Origin: a virus | DNA length: 64,000 nt | Virus record (IMG/VR): IMGVR_UViG_3300037067_026753 | Reading direction: 5' to 3' (one strand) | Part shown: piece by piece, positions 38,426-46,847 of the stretch | How positions within the stretch are numbered: position 1 is the stretch's first letter | How the letters are laid out: each line of letters opens with the position of its first letter | The notes under the pieces: generated by a model | What the model was told of the DNA's origin: nothing | The model's database searches: none | Seen by the model: only the letters and a program-made list of their open reading frames with translations | Made by a program: the position numbers and the translations under genes

Positions 38426-38829
38426 CTTTTCCTTAACTAACCAAAACATACATGCTAAATACTCGCCAGGGTACTATACCCATGTTTACCCTATACACTA
38501 TATCGTGTGCTATATTGCTGGCAGCCACAACACACCCGCCAAAAATTGTACCCTGCCAAAACTATAACAAAACAGTTAAACAGCGCGCACAAGCAGCCAA
38601 ATAACAACTCTAACACACTAAAAGCTATCTAGCGTTGTAGCGCTATCACCACATGAATTACAAGATTTAGAGCAACCTACTTGTGGAATTTACTAACATA
38701 TTTACTAGCATAAAAGGTAGGAATATAGCACAACATATAACTCATACAAAAAGAGCGGAGCAAACCGTGGTAGCACTCCATAAGTTCACCCCGCCCAGTA
38801 TTGCATAAGAGTTACGAAAGGAGAAGCTC

Positions 38830-39246
38830 TTACGCAAAATATTTGGTTACCAACTCGTTCAACTCGTCCTGGCTGGTCACTTTCCCCAGCATACGCGTTT
38901 TCCCCAGGTGGTTCTTCTTCGCTTCTTCCTCGCTTACTGCTTTAAAACCCTTCAACCCGGTTACCTTATGGGTCAAACCCACACTGGCTCCACGTACCCA
39001 CATACGTTTCTCTCCGGCTTCTGCCGTAATTACGTACTTGGTCTCATTCACGGTCACGCCCTTGGTTGCCTTAATTTTCAAAGGCTCCTTCTTCACACGC
39101 GGCTGCTTTGCCTTCTTGTCCTTGTCTACCGGCTTAGTCTGCTTGGGTTCCGGTTTTTTCCCTGTTGCGGCTTTCTTCGCCATTTCGTCTTCTCCTCCTA
39201 CCGGCTGCGTATCTCCCGCCTCCGGAATCGTTCCTGTATCGCCCAT
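38830..39246 (-). CDS. lysine-rich histone-like (H1/Hc1-like) DNA-binding protein
   Basis: N-terminal AKKAATGKKPEPKQTKPVDKDKKAKQPRVKK tail, followed by a small globular C-terminal domain. Confidence 0.45.
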   Translation of the reverse strand: MGDTGTIPEAGDTQPVGGEDEMAKKAATGKKPEPKQTKPVDKDKKAKQPRVKKEPLKIKATKGVTVNETKYVITAEAGEKRMWVRGASVGLTHKVTGLKGFKAVSEEEAKKNHLGKTRMLGKVTSQDELNELVTKYFA

Positions 39247-39337
39247 ATCGTCAACTCCTTCTAGAAAATCAGTTGAACTAGCATCTACAGCATAAATTTA
39301 TATCGTGCACTCAATATTATGTCTTTTATTTTACAGT

Positions 39338-39568
39338 TTACCCAGCAAATCTATGTGCAGCCTCTATCTCTTCTCTGCTCAATATACTCTCTTCCTTATA
39401 AACTATAACTACCGGCGCTCTATCCTCCTCCAACCCAGTATTATAAGCAACACACTCTACTACATGCAATGCCTTCTCAAAGCGCTCCTGATATAGCCGC
39501 GCCTCTTCTCTCCCAAACTCCTTATTCACCGCAAGCAGCTCCCTCAATTTTTTCGTTTCTATCAGCAT
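39338..39568 (-). CDS. hypothetical small protein
   Basis: SD AGGAGGAATAGTT then ATG. Confidence 0.45.
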   Translation of the reverse strand: MLIETKKLRELLAVNKEFGREEARLYQERFEKALHVVECVAYNTGLEEDRAPVVIVYKEESILSREEIEAAHRFAG

Positions 39569-39570
39569 AA

Positions 39571-39782
39571 CTATTCCTCCTGCTGCTCACACACGTGCGC
39601 AACAAACTTGTCCAAATTTATCTCTTCGTTCAACTTATCTTCATTCCCTCTATACTTACACCCTTTACACTTTTTATCAGCTCCCGGCTCCTTACAAAAC
39701 GAAAGCCGAAAGATAATATTCGTGGCAAACAAACCACAACGATACTCCTTCTCCCACCTACGCTTTCTTTTCATACTACTCA
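39571..39782 (-). CDS. Cys-rich small protein (start MSSMKRKRR or MKRKRR)
   Basis: GCGATATGAGTAGTATG is a leaderless-type configuration. CKGCKYRG motif. Confidence 0.35.
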
Positions 39783-39829
39783 TATCGCCCGAACATCTAT
39801 TACATTGCCAACACAGAACGACACCTAGC

Positions 39830-39875
39830 AGACGCACGCGCCTGCACGCGCTACGCGCGTACGCGAAGCTCTCGA
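39830..39875. repeat. GC-rich palindromic cluster (CACGCGC x2 plus TACGCGCGTA)
   Basis: cgcacgcgcctgcacgcgctacgcgcgtacgcg. Related ACGCGC clusters occur at 21230-21340 and 23090-23150. Confidence 0.5.
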
Positions 39876-40079
39876 GTTTTTCAAACTTGCTCGATATGCC
39901 CGAGCCACAACCAACAAAAAACAAGCAACAAAAAAACTCCCTCAACAACCAGCCACATGCCCGACACACCCGAGCAAACTTGCATAACTATTTACCAGTG
40001 CACTTGAATGCGCATATACGCGCTTGCAATTCTCATATACATTATGCGTTCTAGAACACGTTTATAGGGTTATAGGAAC

Positions 40080-40210
40080 TGAACAGCAAAAACAGGGCCC
40101 TAGTTTCTTATAGCTGTTCAGTCTTATAGCCGTTCAGCATAGCTGCTCAAGCTGTTCTCTTAGCGGGTTCTGTTTAGCTGCTCTCGTTCTTTAAGCTGTT
40201 TAAAGCCGTT
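40080..40210. repeat. iteron-like direct repeats (about 8 copies of AGCYGYTC at 11-16 nt spacing); candidate replication origin
   Basis: tagctgttcag / tagccgttcag / tagctgctcaag / ctgttctc / tagctgctctcg / aagctgttt / agccgtttt. Located in the divergent intergenic region. Confidence 0.5.
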
Positions 40211-40352
40211 TTAGGTCTTGTATAGTTGTTCTACCATGTTTTGTAGTGAGTTTGTTGTTTCCTTTTTTGTTTGTTTGGATGTCGTGTGTTTTTTTTTAGA
40301 TTGCCATGTTTTTATAGTTTATAATTTCTTGTTGTTGAATGGGGGGTTTTGT

Positions 40353-41186
40353 ATGTTTGAGCGTAGGGAGTTTCGTGTTGGTTGGTTGCGGGCGTGGTGG
40401 GTGTGGTGTAGGGAGGTAGATCGAGTTAGTAGGTGGAGGGAAGTTGTAGTTATAAAGCGTAGGCTTGAGTGTGAGTTGGTAGAGCGGGCGTTTGTGCGTA
40501 TGAATAGGGTTGGTTGGACGGCGATGTTGGGTTGTGATGATTATGACCGGTGTGTTGAGTTGGGCGTGAGTTTGAATGTGGCTGGGGTGCATTTGGTGCG
40601 GGATGGTAGTGTGGGGCGTGGTTGTACGTGGTGGGAGGCGCCGGTGGTGGTTAGGGAAGCAGCTGGTTTGGAGCCCTTGTATGGGCATGTGGGTAGTAGA
40701 GCTGTAGGTGTTACAGGTATGCAGGGTGTGACTGGCGCGGGAGGGTTGTGGGATAACCGTAATAATGACGTTTGGTATGAGCCTACATTACGTGGTACTG
40801 GTTTTGGGGATATAGTTGAGCCTGTTGCAATAGGTGACGTTAGTTATGCTGATTATTTTGGTGGTAGGCCGGTGGAGGTGCAGGTAAGTTTTGACGTGGT
40901 TAAGAATAAGCAGTTAGTGGAGCAGGGCCCTAAGGTTAATAGGCGTATGGGTTGGGTGGTAAATGAGCGTATAGAGCAGCAGCCCAAGCCTGAGCAGCCA
41001 GTAATGGGACAGCATATAGAGCAGCCGGGGTGTGTGCATACAAAGCCCGTTGTAGTGGCACACCCGTTGGTGAGCGACCCGGCTGCAAGGGTTAGGGCCC
41101 GTTGGGCTGAGTTATTGCGGTTAGCAGACGCAACACATAATGAAAACGAGCGTACTGGTGATGATACCCGTGAGCAGGGTGCATAG
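40353..41186 (+). CDS. G/V/W-rich hypothetical protein next to the iterons (possible Rep?); start uncertain
   Basis: 322-aa ORF from 40218. The best ATG with a G-rich SD is at 40353. Composition is very unusual because the strand is C-depleted. Confidence 0.35.
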   Translation: MFERREFRVGWLRAWWVWCREVDRVSRWREVVVIKRRLECELVERAFVRMNRVGWTAMLGCDDYDRCVELGVSLNVAGVHLVRDGSVGRGCTWWEAPVVVREAAGLEPLYGHVGSRAVGVTGMQGVTGAGGLWDNRNNDVWYEPTLRGTGFGDIVEPVAIGDVSYADYFGGRPVEVQVSFDVVKNKQLVEQGPKVNRRMGWVVNERIEQQPKPEQPVMGQHIEQPGCVHTKPVVVAHPLVSDPAARVRARWAELLRLADATHNENERTGDDTREQGA

Positions 41187-41541
41187 AGGGTGATATATAG
41201 ATAGTTGGGTATGAGCCGTGAGGAGGAGTTATGTTGTGGGAGAGCTTGAAGCGTTATTATTTGTAGTTGATTTGCACTATACAGAGCATGCCGTTGATAA
41301 GCTTGTAGATAAGCTTGACTTGACAAATTACGCTATGGTGCGTATGAAGGAGGAGGGTGGATATGCGCAGGTTTAAATAGTGCAAGCTGCTGGCCATACC
41401 CTGAGTTTTATGTAGTAGAGTATAGAGTGTGGTTTTTGTTGTAGTTGTGGTAAAAATAGTATACCAATAGATATAACCATAGTAAGCAGCTTGAAGTAGT
41501 GGGTAATATGTATGATAACCCAGAGTTGAGGGAGCAGGTAG

Positions 41542-41736
41542 TTGGGAAAGAGTAGTGAACCAATTAGAATGTGGACAGTTTTAAGTGATTGTGCAATATG
41601 CCATATTACCGTGCCGGGGGCGCCTTATTTGAGTACTGATATTAGGTATACGCTTGACGAATATAAACGCATAATGGAGTATGAGTTACGCCAGCAGAAA
41701 CGGAAGCGGCGAGCACATAGCACACATTTTAAATAA
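41542..41736 (+). CDS. hypothetical small protein
   Basis: ORF at the head of the rightward operon. Confidence 0.35.
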   Translation: MGKSSEPIRMWTVLSDCAICHITVPGAPYLSTDIRYTLDEYKRIMEYELRQQKRKRRAHSTHFK

Positions 41737-41746
41737 GGAGTTTTTA

Positions 41747-41902
41747 TGCAGTTTGGTTGCGGGCATAGCATAGTAAAGTGTAAGGCATGTGGTAAGGTGA
41801 TAAGCCAGTGCCGGTGTTTGAATGCAAATAAGCCGGTGGTGTGGAGCGTGTGCGACAAATGTAAGGCTGGTGTTGACCCTAAGCAAGAGGTAAGGGGATG
41901 AG
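41747..41902 (+). CDS. 51-aa Cys-rich zinc-binding protein
   Basis: CGHSIVKCKACGKVISQCRC…CDKCKAG. SD aaggag. Confidence 0.35.
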
Positions 41903-41904
41903 CT

Positions 41905-42183
41905 GTGTGCGTGATAACAAGAAAAGCAGATGACGTAGTGGTGAGCATTAGTTTGATACCTGGGTTAGCCAGACTGATGAATGATAGATTACAGGGTGGG
42001 CAGTATGTGTTGTTTTGCGAAGATTGTGCCCGTAAAGCTGGATTAGAGAGCAGTTTTGAAAATAGTATTATAGGCGTGATAGCAGGACAGGGCGTGTGTT
42101 GTCAGGGTTGTGATAGGGATATAGGTGGTAGAGATGTTTATTTGCCCGATAAGCGTTTGAAATTTAAGTGGATAGCAAAATAA
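41905..42183 (+). CDS. KFKWLA-family protein A (C-terminal …RLKFKWIAK)
   Basis: Cys-rich, with the C-terminal motif shared by 43933..44331, 44344..44937 and 44941..45219. Confidence 0.45.
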   Translation: MCVITRKADDVVVSISLIPGLARLMNDRLQGGQYVLFCEDCARKAGLESSFENSIIGVIAGQGVCCQGCDRDIGGRDVYLPDKRLKFKWIAK

Positions 42184-42801
42184 ATGTTGAGTGAACGTTG
42201 TAAGTATTGTGTGCATAGAGATGATAATGAGAGGGTTTCACACTGGCAACAAAATTTTAGTTGTATAAAGTGTGCTGGTTTGAGCAGCTTGGTTTTTTTT
42301 AAGTTGGATAGAACACAGATTAATAAAACGGTAGTTGAAAAACCAAGGCCAAGTGCTGCTGGACGGTTCAAGTTTGTGTTTAAGGATATGTATGATGAGA
42401 AGAAGCAAGACGATAACCGTAAGCAGTACGTACAGGATTTAGTAAACAAGTTAGCTGCTCTACATCGTAGCCAGTTGACACGGTTTGTAGGTTTGTTAGA
42501 GCGCATAAAAGAGTTTAAGGATGTGGAGCCGTGGCAGTGGGTGTGGTATGACTGTGATAACCCGATAACATGGCCAGAGCTCGGTGTGCCCGTGCTTGTT
42601 ATGGTAGGGCAAGCTTATAACCGGTATTATATGGTTTTAGAGCGCAGGGTGTTAGAGCGTAATGGGAGTGTGGATAAGTGTTGCTGGTTTATGCATGTTG
42701 AAAATTGGTTTTTGCGTGACGATATGAACGTGGTGTGTTGGTGTTTAATAGGCCCACCGCCCGTATTACCTGCACCAGTGCCGACAGCGATACCTATATG
42801 A
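42184..42801 (+). CDS. hypothetical protein (205 aa), N-terminally Cys-rich
   Basis: CKYCVHRDD…CIKCAG. Confidence 0.45.
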   Translation: MLSERCKYCVHRDDNERVSHWQQNFSCIKCAGLSSLVFFKLDRTQINKTVVEKPRPSAAGRFKFVFKDMYDEKKQDDNRKQYVQDLVNKLAALHRSQLTRFVGLLERIKEFKDVEPWQWVWYDCDNPITWPELGVPVLVMVGQAYNRYYMVLERRVLERNGSVDKCCWFMHVENWFLRDDMNVVCWCLIGPPPVLPAPVPTAIPI

Positions 42802-43010
42802 ATATACGTAAACTAGCAAGACGTAAACCGGCAACAAGAATAGCTGTACCAGAAGAGGTAAAAAGTAAAGTAATACGTGTGCGTGTAACTGAGCAAGAAT
42901 TTAAGACAATATATAGTGCTGCTAAACAGCGTGGAGTAACAGTAAGTATGTTGTTGATTGAAACTGTATTGAAAAAAATAAAAAGGGAGTTAAAAAATGG
43001 ATGTGCTTGA
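42799..43010 (+). CDS. ribbon-helix-helix (CopG/MobC-like) DNA-binding protein
   Basis: IRVRVTEQEFKTIYSAAKQRGVTVSMLLIETVLKKI shows the beta-strand/helix/helix pattern of RHH proteins. Confidence 0.45.
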
Positions 43011-43155
43011 TGGTATTGAAAAGTTTGCTGACAGAGTGGGTAAGCTATTTGGGAGTAAGGGGTGGGTGATAAAAGCATTTGTTATGTTTGCGTGCGTGCT
43101 TGTGTGTGGCGGGTTGATAGTGATAGGAGCACTTGCAAAGAAGGATAGCAAATGA
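42997..43155 (+). CDS. 52-aa membrane peptide
   Basis: SD aaaagggag. One TM helix (VIKAFVMFACVLVCGGLIVIGAL). Confidence 0.35.
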   Translation: MDVLDGIEKFADRVGKLFGSKGWVIKAFVMFACVLVCGGLIVIGALAKKDSK

Positions 43156-43367
43156 GTGCTGACAATAGCGAAATGATGAAGGAGCTGATAGAAGCACTTT
43201 GTTTTTATGCTGACCCTGATACTTATTTTGCTATAGGTTTTTTTCCTGATTTGCCGTGTGGTGAGTTTATTAAAGATTTTGACGAGTCGAAAAAGCCTGG
43301 AGCAAGGGCCCGTAGTGTAATAAAAAAATACCAAGCAGAGTTACAGGGGTTATATGACGATAGATGA
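43152..43367 (+). CDS. hypothetical small protein
   Basis: ATGA coupling. Confidence 0.4.
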   Translation: MSADNSEMMKELIEALCFYADPDTYFAIGFFPDLPCGEFIKDFDESKKPGARARSVIKKYQAELQGLYDDR

Positions 43368-43623
43368 TGGCGAATATTACAGTGCGATACCGTATGTGCA
43401 GCTACGTAGACGCAGGGTAAGGCAGCCTGAAAAGAAGGAAATACGGCTTGACGTTGATGCATTTAGACAGGAGTTGCTTGATAATATAAAGCAGAACCCA
43501 ACACAGATAGGTGATAAGCATATTGTAATGTGTTGGCCTGAGACAGAATCAACACGCCGTGTAAGGTTGAAGAAGTTTTTAGAAAAGCGTTTTTGTGTTG
43601 CGCCCTTGTTTAGACGAGGATGA
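43354..43623 (+). CDS. hypothetical small protein
   Basis: Overlapping coupled ORF. Confidence 0.4.
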   Translation: MTIDDGEYYSAIPYVQLRRRRVRQPEKKEIRLDVDAFRQELLDNIKQNPTQIGDKHIVMCWPETESTRRVRLKKFLEKRFCVAPLFRRG

Positions 43624-43756
43624 TAGCAATATACATGTGCGCTGGTTGTTTGAAAAGACTGAAAATGGTTTTTTGGTGGCAGGTTTGAGTTTGTGAAAGC
43701 AGAGAAAAGGGTACAAAAGCAGCAAATTGAAAAAAATAAATTGAGGTTTATAGTTA

Positions 43757-43936
43757 ATGAAAACTGAGGAAGTGATAAGTGCTTTGAGCGAGGCTTGTAA
43801 GTGTGGTGATAGTGCAGGTTTGCGGCAGTACCACCAGCAGACAGCACCGCATATAAGTTATGTTGAGTGGCTTGAACGTAGAGTAGTTATATTGACTGAG
43901 TATATAGTTGAGAAAGCATTGAAAGAGCAAAAATGA
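43757..43936 (+). CDS. 59-aa hypothetical protein
   Basis: ATG with its stop overlapping the next start. Confidence 0.3.
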   Translation: MKTEEVISALSEACKCGDSAGLRQYHQQTAPHISYVEWLERRVVILTEYIVEKALKEQK

Positions 43937-44331
43937 CCATAGATGATTTGTGGCGCCCAAAGCCGAATCTGTGTGTGGCAAAAGATCTTGACGTCGAAAT
44001 GTATTATGAGGACGTAATAAGTTGTATACAGAGTAACCCAAGGCAGAATGAAAATAAGGACCGTGTGTTGTGCAGGTACCAGAATCGAAATGTTTTGTTG
44101 GTTAGGTTTGTTAGAGAGGGCTATAATTATTTTATTTTGAAGACATGGGGCTTTAAGGAAGCTTGTTCTGATTTTAGTATCAATTATAAGTTGTTGCATG
44201 TGCGTTGGGTGTTAGAGTATAGAGCAAGGCCCGATGATATAGGTAGGTTTGAGTTGGTGAGAGAAGATGATGGAGATAGAGTGCAAGTGAAAGAGCAGCC
44301 TAAAATGAAGTTTAAGTGGCTGGCAGAATAG
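43933..44331 (+). CDS. KFKWLA-family protein B (C-terminal …KMKFKWLAE)
   Basis: Shared C-terminal motif. Confidence 0.45.
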   Translation: MTIDDLWRPKPNLCVAKDLDVEMYYEDVISCIQSNPRQNENKDRVLCRYQNRNVLLVRFVREGYNYFILKTWGFKEACSDFSINYKLLHVRWVLEYRARPDDIGRFELVREDDGDRVQVKEQPKMKFKWLAE

Positions 44332-44343
44332 AAAGTTTGACAA

Positions 44344-44937
44344 ATGGCACGGCTTGGTGAGCGTAAGAGTATACGGTTAGAGAGCAATGATGGATTGGCG
44401 ACTATAAGAGCAAACTTGTTAGCTGACCCGCAGCAGACAAGCCGTAGGAAACTTATGTTTGGGAAAAGCACTGGTATAACCTATGCTAATTTTAGTTTGC
44501 CGGTTTGGTTAAAGCGCGGGTATGAGTTGTACCGGGTGCGTAATAGTATAATCGAGTGGGACAGCACGAGCCGGACGTTTAGGTTAGTGCCCAAGGTGAC
44601 AATGGATACATTGGTGGCTACGAGCGATGTGACTAAGAATAAGTTTAAATGGTTAGTTGATGAAACATTGGTTACATTAAAAAACCGCGATTTGGGTGAT
44701 ATAAGTAATGATATCCATCGATACTATGATGTAATTACAAAGCCGCCAGCGACAAAGCCTTCAAGTGGTGGACAGTCGATACCTTGGAATTATATAACAA
44801 CAAGCGAGGTGAATACGAATCCGTGTAATTGTTGTGGACTTTATGAGGTTTGTGAATCTTGTTGTGATGCTCAGTATCGTTTTGTATTTGACGATAGACC
44901 CGAGCCAAAGCCTAAGTTTGCATTTGTGTTTGGGTGA
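44344..44937 (+). CDS. KFKWLA-family protein C (two fused units; internal …NKFKWLVDE, C-terminal …PKFAFVFG)
   Basis: Shared motif at mid-protein and a related one at the C-terminus. Confidence 0.45.
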   Translation: MARLGERKSIRLESNDGLATIRANLLADPQQTSRRKLMFGKSTGITYANFSLPVWLKRGYELYRVRNSIIEWDSTSRTFRLVPKVTMDTLVATSDVTKNKFKWLVDETLVTLKNRDLGDISNDIHRYYDVITKPPATKPSSGGQSIPWNYITTSEVNTNPCNCCGLYEVCESCCDAQYRFVFDDRPEPKPKFAFVFG

Positions 44938-44940
44938 GTT

Positions 44941-45219
44941 ATGTGGACTGTGCGTGTAAATGATGGTTTTTGTACATGGGAGTATGAAATGACAGGTGAA
45001 CATAGTAGCGTTGCAAATACAAGTATAGCTAATGTGATTAATGCAATTACTAAGAATACTGGTTTGATAGTTACAAAAGCTACTTTTATTAATGCAATTG
45101 AGCCGCAACAAGTGGAGTCGCAGGTAGACAAGCAGAATAAGCAGAACATAAAGTTTAAAAGTGGAAAAATAGGTGACCCAAAAATAAATGTAAAGTTTAA
45201 ATTTTTAGCACAGGAGTGA
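44941..45219 (+). CDS. KFKWLA-family protein D (C-terminal …NVKFKFLAQE)
   Basis: Shared C-terminal motif. Confidence 0.45.
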   Translation: MWTVRVNDGFCTWEYEMTGEHSSVANTSIANVINAITKNTGLIVTKATFINAIEPQQVESQVDKQNKQNIKFKSGKIGDPKINVKFKFLAQE

Positions 45220-45222
45220 AGT

Positions 45223-45534
45223 ATGGTAAAAGAGATAGTGGAGAATTTTGCAAAGAGTGGTGTGTCCCAGGCTGCTTTAGAGCGTATACTTGATTTGGGC
45301 CAGGGAGATTTGAGCAAAGAAGAGACGCCAGAAATGATAGCTCTTATGCGTATTGTGGCGACATATCCTTGGTTGCTTAGTGTAGCTGAGCATCATTATG
45401 ACGAAAAGTATGCAAATAGAGTCGTGTTGCATGTGGGTGTAGATGCATTGCTCGATATGCAAGAGCAATTAGCAGGTAGTGAGTGCAAGTGCGAAAAAGA
45501 GCAGCCAGCAAGTGAAGATGCAGGTAAGAGCTAA
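45223..45534 (+). CDS. hypothetical acidic protein
   Basis: Intact ORF. Confidence 0.4.
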   Translation: MVKEIVENFAKSGVSQAALERILDLGQGDLSKEETPEMIALMRIVATYPWLLSVAEHHYDEKYANRVVLHVGVDALLDMQEQLAGSECKCEKEQPASEDAGKS

Positions 45535-45598
45535 TTTGCATTGATTTTATTTTTATTATAGATTGCGCGCAAGCGCGCACAGAGAGGGATTAGTAGTC

Positions 45599-46024
45599 AT
45601 GTGGTTGGATACATTTAATGATACTGAAATAAATGTAGGCATATGTGAAGCTTGTATGCAGGAGTTTTTCCCTGATGATAAACTTATGGAGAGTGCTGCT
45701 TCTTATCTGTGCCCTATATGTATGAGTGTAATTCAAGTAAGGGGCAAGATGGGCGTGCTTAAGTTGAGGAAAAGCGTATTTGAAGCACTCATGAACACAA
45801 AAACTAAACGTTTTATATTGTGCAAGCGTTGTGCTGACAGCAGGAATTTAACCAGCGAGAATATGACAAGTCCGTTCACAGACAAAAACAAGTATGTATG
45901 TCGGTTGTGTGGTAATAAAGAGGGACATGCTGAATATATGTTGCCGAATAAAGAAGCAGATTTGTTGTTGAGAAAAAAGAACTCGAAAACAATTGACAAG
46001 TTAAAATTTCGTTTTATACAGTGA
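45599..46024 (+). CDS. zinc-finger protein (start MWLDTFND)
   Basis: CEACMQEF…CPICMSV and CKRCADS…CRLCG motifs. SD agagaggga. Preceded by a TATTATAGAT box and a GCGCGCAAGCGCGC hairpin. Confidence 0.45.
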   Translation: MWLDTFNDTEINVGICEACMQEFFPDDKLMESAASYLCPICMSVIQVRGKMGVLKLRKSVFEALMNTKTKRFILCKRCADSRNLTSENMTSPFTDKNKYVCRLCGNKEGHAEYMLPNKEADLLLRKKNSKTIDKLKFRFIQ

Positions 46025-46031
46025 GTGTTAA

Positions 46032-46337
46032 ATGGCAAGAATTTGTGGCAAGCGTGGTAGAGCGATACCGTCAAGTAAGGTTTTTTGTTTCGATTGTGAG
46101 GTGAGCATGTTGGAGAAGCAGAAGAGCCCTGATGAAGAATTGAGAATGAGAGCCAATGAAATAATGTTGGGTTCAAAAGGTTTCATGTTGTTTGCTGTTA
46201 CTCATTCTGGCGCAATAGAAGCTGTAGGTGATACAACTAGACTTACGACAGTAGAACAACTTGGACTTGAGTACTATGTGCAAGAATTTAATCCGATTGA
46301 AATTGATGAAGACGAAGACGACCGAGCACCTTTTTGA
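46032..46337 (+). CDS. hypothetical protein
   Basis: Intact ORF. Confidence 0.4.
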   Translation: MARICGKRGRAIPSSKVFCFDCEVSMLEKQKSPDEELRMRANEIMLGSKGFMLFAVTHSGAIEAVGDTTRLTTVEQLGLEYYVQEFNPIEIDEDEDDRAPF

Positions 46338-46349
46338 ACAGGAGAAAAT

Positions 46350-46847
46350 GTGGCTCTAGCTTTAAATATAGGTTGCCATGACATACATATTGCTGGTATG
46401 GTAAATGTAGACAATGACGCAGCAATGAAGCCTGATTTGTTATTAGATTGTACGAAATTGACAAGCAAGTTTGAAAAGAACAGCGTTGATTTTGTGTATG
46501 CCGGGCATTTTTTTGAGCATTTTGATGTGCATGTAGGCAAACAAATTGTAATCGATATTTTTACTATATTGAAGGATTATGGTGTTCTAGTTGCTACAGT
46601 ACCAGATTATACAAAATGTTTTGGTATGAAGATTGAGGAAGCTGAGCGAATTATTATAGCAGTGGGTACCCATAAGGTACTTATGAACATAGATAGATTG
46701 AGAGATTATTTGTGTTGTGCTGGTTTTAAAACTGTGGTACAAGCAAAGCCGAGTGAGTTAGCACATTGTCCGTTTCCTAATGTAGAGTGGCAGACAAGTA
46801 TAATAGGCATAAAGCACCCGCATATAAATTTCCATGGTATAGCATAG
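46350..46847 (+). CDS. class I SAM-dependent methyltransferase (GTG start)
   Basis: Motif I LNIGCHD (hhhhGCG-like) and VDFVYAGHFFEHF (post-II). SD ggag 5 nt upstream of the GTG. Confidence 0.5.
   Translation: MALALNIGCHDIHIAGMVNVDNDAAMKPDLLLDCTKLTSKFEKNSVDFVYAGHFFEHFDVHVGKQIVIDIFTILKDYGVLVATVPDYTKCFGMKIEEAERIIIAVGTHKVLMNIDRLRDYLCCAGFKTVVQAKPSELAHCPFPNVEWQTSIIGIKHPHINFHGIA

Noticed and set aside
40218-40352. 5' extension of the ORF adjacent to the iterons (start at 40218)
   Set aside because: The first 45 codons (MYSCSTMFCSEFVVSFFVCLDVVCFF…) run through the AT-rich promoter-like region. A G-rich SD plus ATG at 40353 is the more plausible start. Even so, the whole gene call is low confidence.
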